Below, in pieces: positions 21,901 to 35,821 of a stretch of DNA of 64,000 nucleotides. The position numbers were made by a program, and so were the translations under genes. Each line of letters begins with the position of its first letter. The stretch's first letter is position 1. The notes beneath the pieces are model-generated. The model was not told where the DNA came from. It ran no database searches and saw only the letters and a list, made by a program, of their open reading frames with translations. This stretch comes from Utricularia gibba (lineage: Eukaryota; Plantae; Magnoliophyta): NCBI GenBank assembly GCA_002189035.1, contig NEEC01000015.1, positions 558,001-622,000 on the forward strand, written 5' to 3'.

Positions 21901-24900
21901 AGGTCCACTTGCTTCGCCTTGCTTGTAACTCAGAAGGACCACTTGCTAATTGTTTGCCTGATATCACCACTGAGCTCTTCGATATGGGGGTTGGTATTCC
22001 AATCCATTTAGTCAGAAATGACCACTTGTTTTATTTATCTCATGCATTTTATTCAATGCTAATCTGTTGCCAGATCATCTCAAAAACTATACACGATATG
22101 GCCACTGAACCATCTCCATCATTTGACAAGAGTTTTTACCATGTGTTTCGAAATAATATAGTAAGTTGGTCACCTTTTTTGTTGTCAACACCTCGCTTGG
22201 ATACTTTGAAAATTATGTAAATGATGGCGTCATTATACTTGAATTTAATTCTCAGAGTTCTTCAACTCTGTCACGCTTTTGGGGAGCTTCTTCCAACTAT
22301 GATGGCAAAAATTCATCAATTTCAAATTCTCGCTATCTTAATGACTTTGAGGAGCTTCAACCTCTAGGTTTGTGTTTATCCAGAACTAATGAGATATTAT
22401 AATTCGGTCAGAAACATAATATTCAGTCTCATATGAATAGCTTTCAAAATCTACATGTGATGCAGCTAGACTACAAACTCAGTCTACTCAATCTGCTATC
22501 CATCCTGAGCTTAACTTTTTCAGTTTCATTTTTTTAATCACCTTTGACAGGTCATGGTGGTTTTGGTCACGTTGTGCTTTGCAAAAATAAGATAGATGGT
22601 AGACAGTATGCTGTAAAGAAGATACGACTGAATGGTGATAGTGTACCTATTGATGATCGTATATTGAGGTCTGTATTTATGAATCATGACTCCTATTAGT
22701 GCTTGGCATGATATTTTCCAAAGCAATAATTGGCCACTTGCGCTTTCCTGTCAGTGTGTCTGTAACTCCTCTGCTAATTATTAGATTCTTTAGATCTGCT
22801 GCACCCAACTGACTGAAGAACTTTAACATTGCTAGCTTGAAGACATAATCATCAGATTTTTCTGATATGCAACTGTACAAGATGCTGCTGATTTGAAAAC
22901 TTGGCTGCTTTTTTGTATACCATGCCGGCTTCATTGAATATTATGAGCATAGCATACTTTGCCACACATCAGAGTAGTCCAAAATCTATCAATGTGAACC
23001 CTTTGTTGTGGATATATATTGCATTAGTTACACCTTTCTGCTGTTTTAGTCCTCTACATGATTATGATATTTTACACTTCATTTTTCAGAAAAAAAGTTT
23101 TCTGCAGCATATTCTCAGAACACATATTCATTTATGGTTCGGCTTTGTTGTAGGGAAGTAATGACTCTTTCACGCTTGCAGCATCAGCATGTTGTACGGT
23201 ACTACCAGGTTGAGTTGTAGGCCTTTCAATTGGCACCTTCTTTTCTGGCCTTTTCATGAAAATATTTTTTGTGTTCACTTGCCAGTATGAATGCTGTTAT
23301 ATCATTGGTTGTATACTTGAAGAATTTCATGCCACCCATGAAATTAAAATTCTTTAAGTTTCAGGCTTGGTATGAGCGGGGAGTTTTTATAAATCCCAGC
23401 ACTACTTCTTGGGATTCGAAAACAGGCATGAGTTCCAGTTTGGGCTTCAAGGACAGCATTTCTTTGGAACCATCTATACCTGAAAATAAGATTGAGTCAA
23501 CTTATCTCTATATTCAAATGGAATACTGTCCAAGGTAATTTCTGTGGAATTTCAAACTTTATTCACTTATTTAATGGCTGTATATTTCAGCTATGTGATT
23601 ATTTCTTATTGAAATAATAATATGGTTTACTTTAGGGTTTAGGGTTGGGACTGTTAATATAAGGACTATGTAGTTTTCAAATCTCTTTATTCAATTTTTG
23701 GTGTCACTCTAATTCAGGCTTGCATGTTTCTCTGAAGGACGCTGAGGCAAATGTTTGAATCTTATGGCAATCTGGATAAAGAGCTTGCTTGGCATTTCTT
23801 TCGCCAGATTGTTGAAGGTCTTGCTCACATTCATAGTCAGGGGATTATTCACCGTGACTTGACTCCTAATAACATCTTTTTTGATGCTCGTAATGACATC
23901 AAAATTGGTGACTTTGGTCTTGGTGAGATAATTTCTATCTTGCTGTGATTTTTTTAGGAACTCATAAATTGTGCTAAACAGTTTTCGTTCTTAATCATTT
24001 TAAACAAGAAGTGATCTTAGGAATTTCTGTCTTACGTTATTTATCACATTAATCCCTGTGGTGTGCCAATTTTTTTCTTATTTCTTACAGCCAAGTTCTT
24101 GAAGCTCGATCAGCTGGACCATGATGCTGATGCTAGCGAAACTGTTGGTGTATCAGTTGACGGTACTGGAAAAATTGGTACATATTTTTACACTGCACCT
24201 GAAATTGAGCAATCCTGGCCAAAGATTAATGAGAAGGTAGCATCAGTTTAACCATATGCTATAAAATACTTGTTATGAGCTGTCACATGTATTTACTCAT
24301 CAATTTTCCGGCAGGCTGACATGTACAGCTTAGGCGTCATCTTCTTTGAATTGTGGTATCCGTTTGGCACAGCAATGGAAAGACATGTTGTACTATCCGA
24401 TTTAAAGAAAGGGGAACTGCCTTCAGATTGGGTTAAAGAATTTCCTGAACAGGCATCCTTGCTACAACGTCTGATGTGCCCAATTCCATCTGATCGTCCA
24501 TCAGCAACTGAACTTCTTAAGAATGCCTTCCCACCTGAAATGCAGTATGAAATGCTTGATAGTAAGTTACATTTCATTATGTTTTGGTTCAGATTATGGA
24601 TTACTGTTTTAATCTTCTCTGAATTCATCGTTACTTTTTAAATATTGCCAGAGTTCCCTTTTTGTATCCTCTGATCAGTTGTCTGATGAACTCTTTTAAG
24701 CTTTTTTTATCTAGTATATCATATTAAAAAGTAATGCTTTTCCTATACTTGCAGATATATTACAAACCATTCATAATGCAGAAGATACAAGGATCTTTGA
24801 TAAACTTGTGTCTGCAATTTTTGATGAAGATAAGTTCACAGCTGAGCACAGCCCTGATCATGATGGGAGGCCAAAAACCTTTGAAGAAGACAAGTCATCA

Positions 24901-27545
24901 GTACCTTTAACAACTCAGAACACTCCTTATCGGGATCTGGCTGTTGATCATGCTAGAGAAATATGTAAAAGGCACTGTGCTGTTCATGTGGAGATCATTC
25001 CTATGAAAATATTAGGTTACCCCCAAAGAGGAAGCAGGTTTCACATTCTTTGTTAAGTCACCAATACAATTTTTTTTTAACAATTCTAATCTCGTTTCCT
25101 TTCTATTAATGGACTGAAAAATTTAGGAATTCTGTGAAACTACTAACCCGTGGAGGAGATATGGTTGAACTTTCCTATGAGCTGCGGTTACCCTTTGTGG
25201 ACTGGGTCATAAAAAATCAAGTAATGTAGACCATATATTAGTGCTTTATCCATCCTCTTTTATTCAATATCTTTTGTTCTTTTACAAAAATAACTGTGTA
25301 CATTTACGTTTAATTTTTGGTGTGTATAGTATGTTAAGCTTATGGTATTTTCATGCAGAAATCATTTTTTAGGCGTTACGAAGTATCTAATGTATATCGG
25401 AAGGCAATTGGCCACTCACCACCAAATCGTTACCTTCAGGTATTTTCTGCGATGGATGTGGGTAGATTGTTTAGGGCGAGTTTTTTCCCATTTGCAATAT
25501 GTTCTGGCTGTAGGTGGATTTCGATATTGTTGGAGGGAAAACAGCATTGACAGAAGCTGAGGTCATTAAGGTACAATACTTGTGCATTTCAGATATTCTG
25601 CAAGTAACAGTTGGGAAGAAGGTTGTACATTTACGATGATATGTTAGGAGCTTCAAATTATTTTGTTGGCATTGTAAAGTTGACTGATGATGGTAAACCC
25701 GAATTTTTGGTACAGACAACAATCGACATTGTCTCTCATTTTTTCAATCCCGAATCATGTGACATTCATCTAAATCATGGTGTCTTATTGGAAGCGATAT
25801 GGTCTTGGACGGGGATTAAGAGAGAAAAGAGACAAAAAGTGGCTGAGGTAGGATGAAGCTCTATATTTTCAATCATGGCAGTTGTTCCATTTTTTAACAT
25901 TTACTTCGTTGTAGCTTCTTTCACTTTTAGGGTCTTTGCGTCCCCAGTCCTCTGAAAGAAAGTCAAAATGGGTGGTGATTAGACGTCAACTTAAACAGGT
26001 TTCACATGAAGTTTCCCACAGCCAAAGCTTAGTTATTGATTGATGAGTGTGCTACAGCACTCTACTCCTGATTTCTACAGGAACTTGATCTTCCTGATGA
26101 TATTTTGAATAAATTACAAACAGTGGGACTAAGGTTCTGTGGGTCCGCAGATATGGCCCTACCCAGACTCAGGGGAGCCCTACCAGCTGGTAACTTTTTT
26201 TATAGCCTGTTGGAACTCTCAGCTTTCTAACATTAGTTTCCCCTCGGGAAAAGTAGTGTTGATTAATCTGAGTGTGCTATTCCAGATAAATCAACATGCA
26301 AAGCACTTGATGAGATATCAGAGCTTTTCAAATACCTGAGAATTTGGAAAATTGATGCACATGCGTTTCTTGATGCACTAATGCCTCCAACAGAATATTA
26401 TCATCGAAACTTGTATTTCCAGGTATTGTGTCCTTCTGTTCATTTGCTTTGAATAACTAAAGCCAAGATATGCCATGCATCTTTCATGTTGAGAGTGTGT
26501 AGTTCATGATTTATCCGTGTTTAATTTTTCCTATTTTTTGTATAAATACTTGATCACTCTTTTACGTAGGTGTACTTAAGCAATAACCATAAGTCAGCAT
26601 CACTGATGGAAGGAATTCTTCTGGCTGTTGGTGGTCGCTATGATTACCTGCTCCAGCAGATGGCAGCTTCTGAAAATGTAAGCTGGAGAAATCTTCCTTT
26701 GTCCAATTAAAAGTGCAGACAAGAATTTTAGATACTTCATGTATTTGAAAACATCAAACATTCCATGTCATGGTAATGATTTTATAAACTTGACTATGTA
26801 TGTTTTTGCAGAAAGCGTATCCTGGCGCTGTTGGGACAAGTGTCGCCCTGGAAACCATCCTTCTTTATTCTTCTGCTGATGGGAAACATTTTGGGTATCG
26901 TTCTTGCTCTCCCGTGATCCAGATTCTTCGTTATTGGGATTGCTGCTTTTTTCTCAAACTAAAAAGGAAAATATGTAGCAAAAAATGAGATTTTCATTTG
27001 CAATATCTTCGCTGATTCACCCTCATGATGCAGTAATGTCAGCAGAAATGATTCCGTGAATAACATTCTTGTTTGCTCGAGAGGAGGCGGTGGGTTGTTA
27101 GTTGAGCGCATGGAGCTTGTGGCTGAGCTGTGGGAAGAGAACATAAAAGTAAGTGCTACCTAGCCGCTGTGCTTGGGATATCTGCAGCAAAAATCGATCA
27201 TAATGAAGCAACATCCATCTTGCAGGCAGATTTCGTTCCCCTGCCTGATCCAAGCCTCACAGAACAATATGAATATGCAAATGAGCATGGTATCAAATGC
27301 CTCATCGTCATGACTGACTCAGACGTATTTCAGAAGGGTTTAGTCAAGGTTTTTCAATCAATGTTATTCCATTCTACACCGTTAACTCTCTGTGGCACTT
27401 ACGGCCTATTTCTTGTCATATGCACAACCGTTAGGTCCGGCACATGGAGATGAAAAGAGAGAAGGATGTCATGAGGACAGACATTGTCAAGTTTCTCTCC
27501 ATGGCTATATCTGCCAACTTCAGAAACCCCTCCATTTGGAACTAG
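18960..27545 (+). CDS. GCN2: eIF2alpha kinase GCN2 (RWD, kinase, HisRS-like and anticodon-binding regions), about 29 exons; one 1-nt deficit in exon 4 as assembled
   Basis: [14 protein letters not shown] start, [103 protein letters not shown]-terminal FRNPSIWN*. Exon 19429-19533 is one base short. Confidence 0.93.
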
Positions 27546-28466
27546 TTCGTCTCATCTCTCCACTTCCTGGCAAGGGCTGCCTGTAGCCCATTCCAACAGG
27601 GTAGCAGTTACTTCTATCACAGCATCCAAATACTCAGATACCCTTGAAACTCATTACCTGATTTGCTTTTTCTTCTCCACATTCATAGCATGGCTTCTTG
27701 GCGGTTGCCACTGGCATCAGCGGGGGCAATCCACCCAATTCCGTGAGGTCTGGCCCAGCAACCGAAGAGGTAGGTAGATCTCTCATGACGTTGTGGAGGC
27801 CTGTTTCTCACTGCAGTGTTGCAGAGTGCAATACAACTGTGTTTGTATACGTGGATTTTGGTTAAGCCTTGTGTGCTGGGTTCTTCAGGGATGATACGCT
27901 ATGCTTTTCGAAAACCTTAATTTTTGTAAAAATGCTTAGGCTGGATAATGAAGTTTTTGAAAGATGTTTTAAACTGTTCCAAACAGTTGAAATTTGCAAG
28001 CGGATTAGTAGGCTTGCATGTTTCTTGTTGCAGTTGGGGTAGATGAGAAAAACTGATGGGCTAATTGTACTAAATATATTCGACACGTCAAAAATTGGAG
28101 ATTAAATATATTTGATATATCAAAATTTGAAAACTAAATATATTAAGTATGTAAAATATAGGAACTACATATGACAATAGAGGATTACTAATGTTATTTT
28201 TATTAAACATTGAGGATTAATCGTACCAATTTTATGTTGTCTGATGCCTCAAATGGTAACTGAGAAAAAGGAATAATACAAAAATTAAGAACTCGCGTTT
28301 TTTTTTATTGTTTTACAAAAAGGGCAAAAAAGATATTATGACTTGTTAACTGCTGCAAAGTATATGTTCGAAAAGTCCAAAAGCAGGCATTTAAAATAAA
28401 AAGGTTTTTAGCCCTAGGGAGCTGGTGAGAAGAATTGTCCGTGCATCTATCTCGGTTGGGACGGAA

Positions 28467-30026
<1,560 letters not shown>

Positions 30027-30457
30027 CACGCTGCCTTTTTTTTTTTGCTGGTCGGCCAATTGCTCAGTCACCTGCTGCTTCTGCTTCTCTGTTATTTCGG
30101 GATTCCGGATCATGGAACACACCATCAGATGTGTTCTTGAAATCGAATCGTATTCTGAACCTATCGATTTCTGATACAACGAGCTGAATAATGCGTCATT
30201 TTCATTCTGTTTTGTTTTCTCTAAAGTTCAAGTCCATTGATCTTAGACAAACAACTGCCGAGGAACAAACGCGAAAGCTGTTTATGGTCCACAAGTTTTT
30301 TCTCAGGTGGGTTGAATCGAACAACAAAGAAGCTACGAAATAGCATCTGAATATTATAACATATCCAAGATTCAGAGTAGAACGTTGAATTCTAGCGTGG
30401 CCCTGATGAGAGCAGCTACCTAGTAGCAGCAGTAGCAGTAGCAGGCAGTAGCTCAAA

Positions 30458-32511
30458 TCAAAGGTCAATAACGCGGGACAGCTTTTGGATGCGGTTCAGC
30501 AAGAAGTCTCCCTGCTTGATGGTAGCCTGATAAAGAGCATTCTTTGCATCCGGGCGATTGGTTTCCAGTACACCAGCCACTTTATCGATCCTGCAATGAA
30601 GCTTTCCGGCTGCGATGAACCGAGAAAGCTCCCTGGCACACGCCAAACAAACCCAACAGAGAGTGAGTGATAACAAAAAAAGGGGTTTTGCCGAATCCGA
30701 AATCGCATGAAAAGATGAATATTTGATCTCACATGTCAATGAAATCGACTGTAACACCAAAAGCATTAGCCATCGCCTCAATTGTAACGCTCTTGTAAGA
30801 TTCCAGGAACTGAGAGTAAACCACAGTCCTGACTTCCCTCATGTAAAACCGGTAGTGGGGATGCAAGTACCGGTCCAACTTGATATGTTCGGTCAAACCA
30901 GCTGAAAGACAAGCACGGAAAGAATGTTATATGCAGATGCAAGAACAACTACCTGTCACAAACATGCCCTCAAAACGCTCTTACATTAGAGACATGCGCT
31001 TATAAGAATATCGGATGACAACAGAACTTACAAAATGCTGAGAAAAAGGATTTGTACTGGCAGTCATAAAGTGCGTTCAGGAAGTCCGTCAAGTAGGGGA
31101 CTTTTCCAATAACTGTCAATATCTCAGGCGCATCCACAACCTGCCATGCATTATAATCACAAACAATTCGGCTGGTGACTCTGCTAATGCCTCAAGAGAG
31201 GGGTAAATGGAATCTGACAATGTGGAACAGAAAGCAGTGTTCTAACACAGCATTTTAAACTTATTACCTTTTGTTTAAGAGAAACTCTATCCAATGATAT
31301 GACACTTGTCAGCACAGTGTAGAATATGAACGTGTCATACGGAAAAAGCTCATATGTTGTGAAAGTAGAGATAGAGTCAAGGAAAAGGCTGGCAGCTTTC
31401 TTGAAATTGCGGGTTGACATGCAATACAATCCTTCATAAACCTTCAAACGATTCTTCCTCTCCCAGTCACCACCCTCTTCAAACAAGCTGTATTAATATG
31501 AAATGCATCAACGATGGTCTTAAGCTAATAAAACAACACAAGGAAGACAGCATCTTCGGCATTCAAGTTAGAGCAGGTGTAAGTAAAAGAGAGCATCTTT
31601 GTCTCATCTCACTTCTTTGCTTTTTCGATGCTTTTTGAAATTAGGTTGAAATCCATGTCAAAGAAGCCCATTTGTAGAGTGTGAAAAACCAAGTCCATCT
31701 TTTGCCCAACAGCAACAGTCTTGGTTTCCGTTATTTTGAGTTGTTCCAGTGCCTTCTCCTAAAATGTAAAATATTCTTGATGACTATTCAGGGGTATCTG
31801 AAGGGAAAGCAAAAAATGACGAATGTCTATGTACCTTGTCACCAATTTTAATGAAGAATAAGGACTTAGCTAATTGAGCTTCCCTAACTTCACTTTCTCC
31901 CAAATTCTCTTCAGCATCAGCAATCCTGATTCATTCAGACAAAGGAAACAAGAATATAAAAACAATTTGCATCCTAATAAGTATAGCAACTCAAATGTTT
32001 CAAAAACATCAAACAAAAACATGCCATATGCCATCAAGTCTGCAAACGTGAAGAAAAAGGGGCATCTAATGTTGAACCCCATTTCAGTGTTAACGGACAC
32101 AGGCTCAAAAATCTCAACAAGAAAGAGCCTACAAAGAACATCGAACCCAACCAACTGTTTATTGACTCACTTTTCGTCAAGCTTTTTCAACTCATCCTCA
32201 ATCTTCGCCCGCATTTCGTCAAGCGCCTTCTGGTCCAAATCCAGCACCTTGTTCGCCAATAGGGTTTCGTATAGCGGCGCCATATCTACAAAACCAGCAA
32301 TCCCATATCACAAGAATGACACTGAAGGAAACTTGTAACAAAAGCAGAAACAAAGAATAAGAATGACACCGTTGGCGCGGATGAAATCGAAAGCCTCATC
32401 TCGAAGGCGAACTTTCTCGATATCGTCTACATCGTTCTGATTCAAAAGGAATAGCTTGTGCGCCAGCAATAGCTGCGGCTGTTGCTTCCCTTCTTCACTT
32501 TCCATCGACAT
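30458..32511 (-). CDS. RPN7: 26S proteasome non-ATPase regulatory subunit 6 (RPN7)
   Basis: [61 protein letters not shown]-terminal [17 protein letters not shown]. Confidence 0.95.
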
Positions 32512-32621
32512 CTAGAAAGCTCAATCAAGCAGCGGGATTTCTTCAGGCAGGAGAAACGTCTGCAAAATTCTACCAGTAATCGAACCATCACGTATTTTGT
32601 GAACCAGCCCCAACGGGCCTC

Positions 32622-32642
32622 GGCCCATACATGTTTTGGGCC
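32622..32642. promoter_or_regulatory. Site II motifs upstream of RPN7
   Basis: GGCCCA at 32622 and TGGGCC at 32637, 110-130 nt upstream of the ATG. Confidence 0.45.
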
Positions 32643-34035
32643 TTTACACTAAACTCCAATTGGGAGCGAGGCTTTCTAGTTTCCAACAAACAGCATTGGA
32701 GAGCATGGGTAGGACTTACACCAAATGGGTTGACCCGGTTTCCACCTGGTCTATCCAAAAATAAACAAAGAAGATAAATAAAAAATCAATTAATCCCGTA
32801 CAAGATTTTTTCCTAAGGTAAAAACATAAAACCATGAAGATTTATATTGAGTACACATCAAACAATATCATATAATAAAATGGAATCATGATAGTTGGTA
32901 TCAAAACAAAATTAACTTTTTGAAATAATGAATTGATGATTTGGTTGAAGAGTTAGTGAATGATTTAGTTACCTTAGGAAAAAAATATTCTATAATTGAT
33001 TTTAATGTAATTAAAAATTCTAATAAAATGAAAACTGATATATATTTTGAAATATTTTTTTAAAAAATAACTATTATAGAATTGATTGATGTTTGAAGTG
33101 ATAAAAATAAAAATTGATTTTTATAAATAAATAAAATATTTAATCATACTTATTAATAATCATATTTTACAAAAGTAAATTTTTACTTTGATCCTTAAAA
33201 CCAATTGTTCTTGTGTTGTTAACTGAAAATTTGTAGAGTTATAGCCCATATAAGTATAATGAAATTTTGATAAAAAAATAGTATTTATTTTTTAAAAAAT
33301 ATTACTTATAATTATTTATTAACAAATAGATATAATAATAACTTAATTTCTCAATATTGATACTTAGAAAACAATTATGCGTGATAAACTACACATACAT
33401 TATTTAGTACAATTAAATTGATTTTCAAAAAATAAATCAGATATATATATATATATTTATTTATTTATTTATTTAAAATTTAAAATCAATTTTACGAAAA
33501 TAGAATTGATTTTAGTAGAATAATATTGATTTTCAAACTCCTCCTCTCTACAAAATTTTCATCCTTAATCTTCACATGATTTGAAATTCAGATCATTTAT
33601 AAGAAAATTAATTATTCTCAATATTAGTTTTTGTATTAATACTTGGGGATATAAATGAAATAGTCCTATCTGCAAATGACGCCATATAATTTGTTTTTGT
33701 TAGGACAAGGTGGCCGTTGAAATTGAGGAACGCCTTTTGAATATGAAAAAAGCATTCGACCATCTTGCGAATCAGGAGCGCACGTATAACGAGGGATCCG
33801 AATCTCTCCTCGACGCCACACACAAGCTTTTCCCTTCTTCCTCCTCACTCGCCTCGCGCTCGCCCCGCCCGTTATGAATGAGAGCGTCAAAAGGCGGAGT
33901 ACATGGGCAACCAGACCAAATCGTACGTTGCAACGCCCGCCCTGCCAGCTTCTGCCCCTCCAAATTCCGAATCCAAATCCAACACCACACCACGTGATCG
34001 ATCCATTTCATACGCATTCCCTCCTCCGGTGGTTA

Positions 34036-34053
34036 ACACACACACACACACAC
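34036..34053. repeat. (AC)9 microsatellite
   Basis: Read directly from the sequence. Confidence 0.85.
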
Positions 34054-34868
34054 CATCGGATGATCATTGTAAACAATCCCTTGCTCTGAGTTCAAATGGC
34101 TTCTTTCTTCAATTATCAAATTGGCTTCGAAAAAGGGGCAGCAGAATACAATGCATTGAATTGAAATGTCGGGATTATTATAATAATAATTAATGTGTGA
34201 GACCACACCCCCAAGTGGAAAAATAAAAATCGTGTGGTCACTGTGCAACAAAGTGGATGTTGGAAAATAAACTTGTAGGGCACCAAATGTGCAGACCCCA
34301 CAACCTATTTACCACTAGGGCACTACTACTCTCTTTTTCTGCACCCTACCTGCCTCCACCTCCATATACTATATATTTTAAAAATAAATACTCAAAAAAG
34401 AATTTATGGGTGTATTTTATTGTAAAAAATAATGAATTGTGTAAAAAAGATAATGATTTAAATTTAATTTAAATTGCTGAAAATAAACAAATATCAAATT
34501 TATCTGACTCTGCGCCACCTTTTTTTTTATCTTATGAGTCAATCAATTAAATTGTTCCTATGAAGATATTATATAATATTCCCCACTGACACTGAAATTT
34601 CTTGAATTTCGAAAACAAATGAAAAAAACAAAGCACAGTTGCATGGCTCTTCAGCCCTACAAAAGGCTACCCACGAATGTCGGATTTAGTTACAATATTT
34701 TATTTGTTTATCATAATAAGTAATTATTTTTTAAAATGATCAAGCACACTGCGGGAGTGCGTACGGATATAGAAATCACGAGCGCACATTATATTCTATT
34801 TTCGATCTTAATACGCGCATTATTATAAATATTTTCGATTTCTTGTGGACCGCCACTTTCAAAACTAA

Positions 34869-34888
34869 TGTGTGTGTGTGTGTGTGTG
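34869..34888. repeat. (TG)10 microsatellite
   Basis: Read directly from the sequence. Confidence 0.85.
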
Positions 34889-35116
34889 CTTTTTATAAAT
34901 ATTGCAAAGGAACCCCTAAAGTTTTAGCACTTTCCTTTCTCCTATGTGAACATTTTTGAAAATTAATCATCCTGATTATTTCTTTCATATAAAAAGATAA
35001 TTTTTTTTTACACATACAATGATTATTTTTATAATGTACTAAAACTAGTATGATTAATTTTCTAATTAATCCAAGATTTGAGTGTTGTGATATAAAAAAA
35101 AAAAAGAAAAAGGAAA

Positions 35117-35141
35117 GGGGGCGGGTGGGCGGGCGGGCGGG
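35117..35141 (+). other. Putative G-quadruplex motif GGGGGCGGGTGGGCGGGCGGGCGGG
   Basis: Six G3+ tracts separated by single-nucleotide loops. Confidence 0.7.
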
Positions 35142-35821
35142 CAGTTCGGATATTGAGTTTAAAGTGTGAAAGTAACGGGACATGCAGAGGCGGCATTAAA
35201 TGGCGGTGCTGATGAGGCCTATCATAACCCTCATCATCGTCACGTCGCCTTCTTCCCCACAACTCCCTTCTCTGTCCCCATTTTTTCACTATTCAGTATT
35301 CACCGCCTTCCAGATTTGTTCTTCGAATCCATCCTGTATTTCAATGTGTCCGTACGAGTCAATTAGTTACTCACTGACGCGCATTATTGTCGAGTTTATA
35401 TGGATGGATGGATGGATGGATAAATTGGTGGATGAAAAATATAAATATTATTTTTTATTTATTTGTTTTGTGTGAATGGGGAGGAAGAAATGGGTAGAGT
35501 AGAATGGAGTTGGTACAATAATGATAACGATAATGATGACGATGATGATAGATCTGCGGTCAGTGTATTTTGCTCTTTGTTTCATTTTCAACCAACACCT
35601 GGATTCCTTTTTCTTTTATTTGTTTGCTTCCCTTTCGCCTGATTGTCTCCATTGTTCAATCTCTATCTCATTCTGCTCCAGGAATTTCCCTCCCTTTTTC
35701 CCCCACTGTTTCTTTCGCTCCGTCGCTGTTGCCCAATTAATATCCGGAGCCGGATCGCCTTCATATATAGACGACTTTTGGAAGTGGGTTTCTACCACCA
35801 TTTGGGGACCTTTCTACGCAA

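Noticed and set aside
33000-33540. AT-rich region with recurring AATTGATTTT and an 11-bp inverted repeat around (AT)n
   Set aside because: Low complexity; no TIR/TSD pair or Helitron ends could be defined.
35200-35475. 91-aa ORF upstream of WOX1 as a peptide gene or uORF
   Set aside because: It runs through a TGGA microsatellite and a T-rich tail. A closer TATA-like motif (about 35764) suggests a short WOX1 leader.
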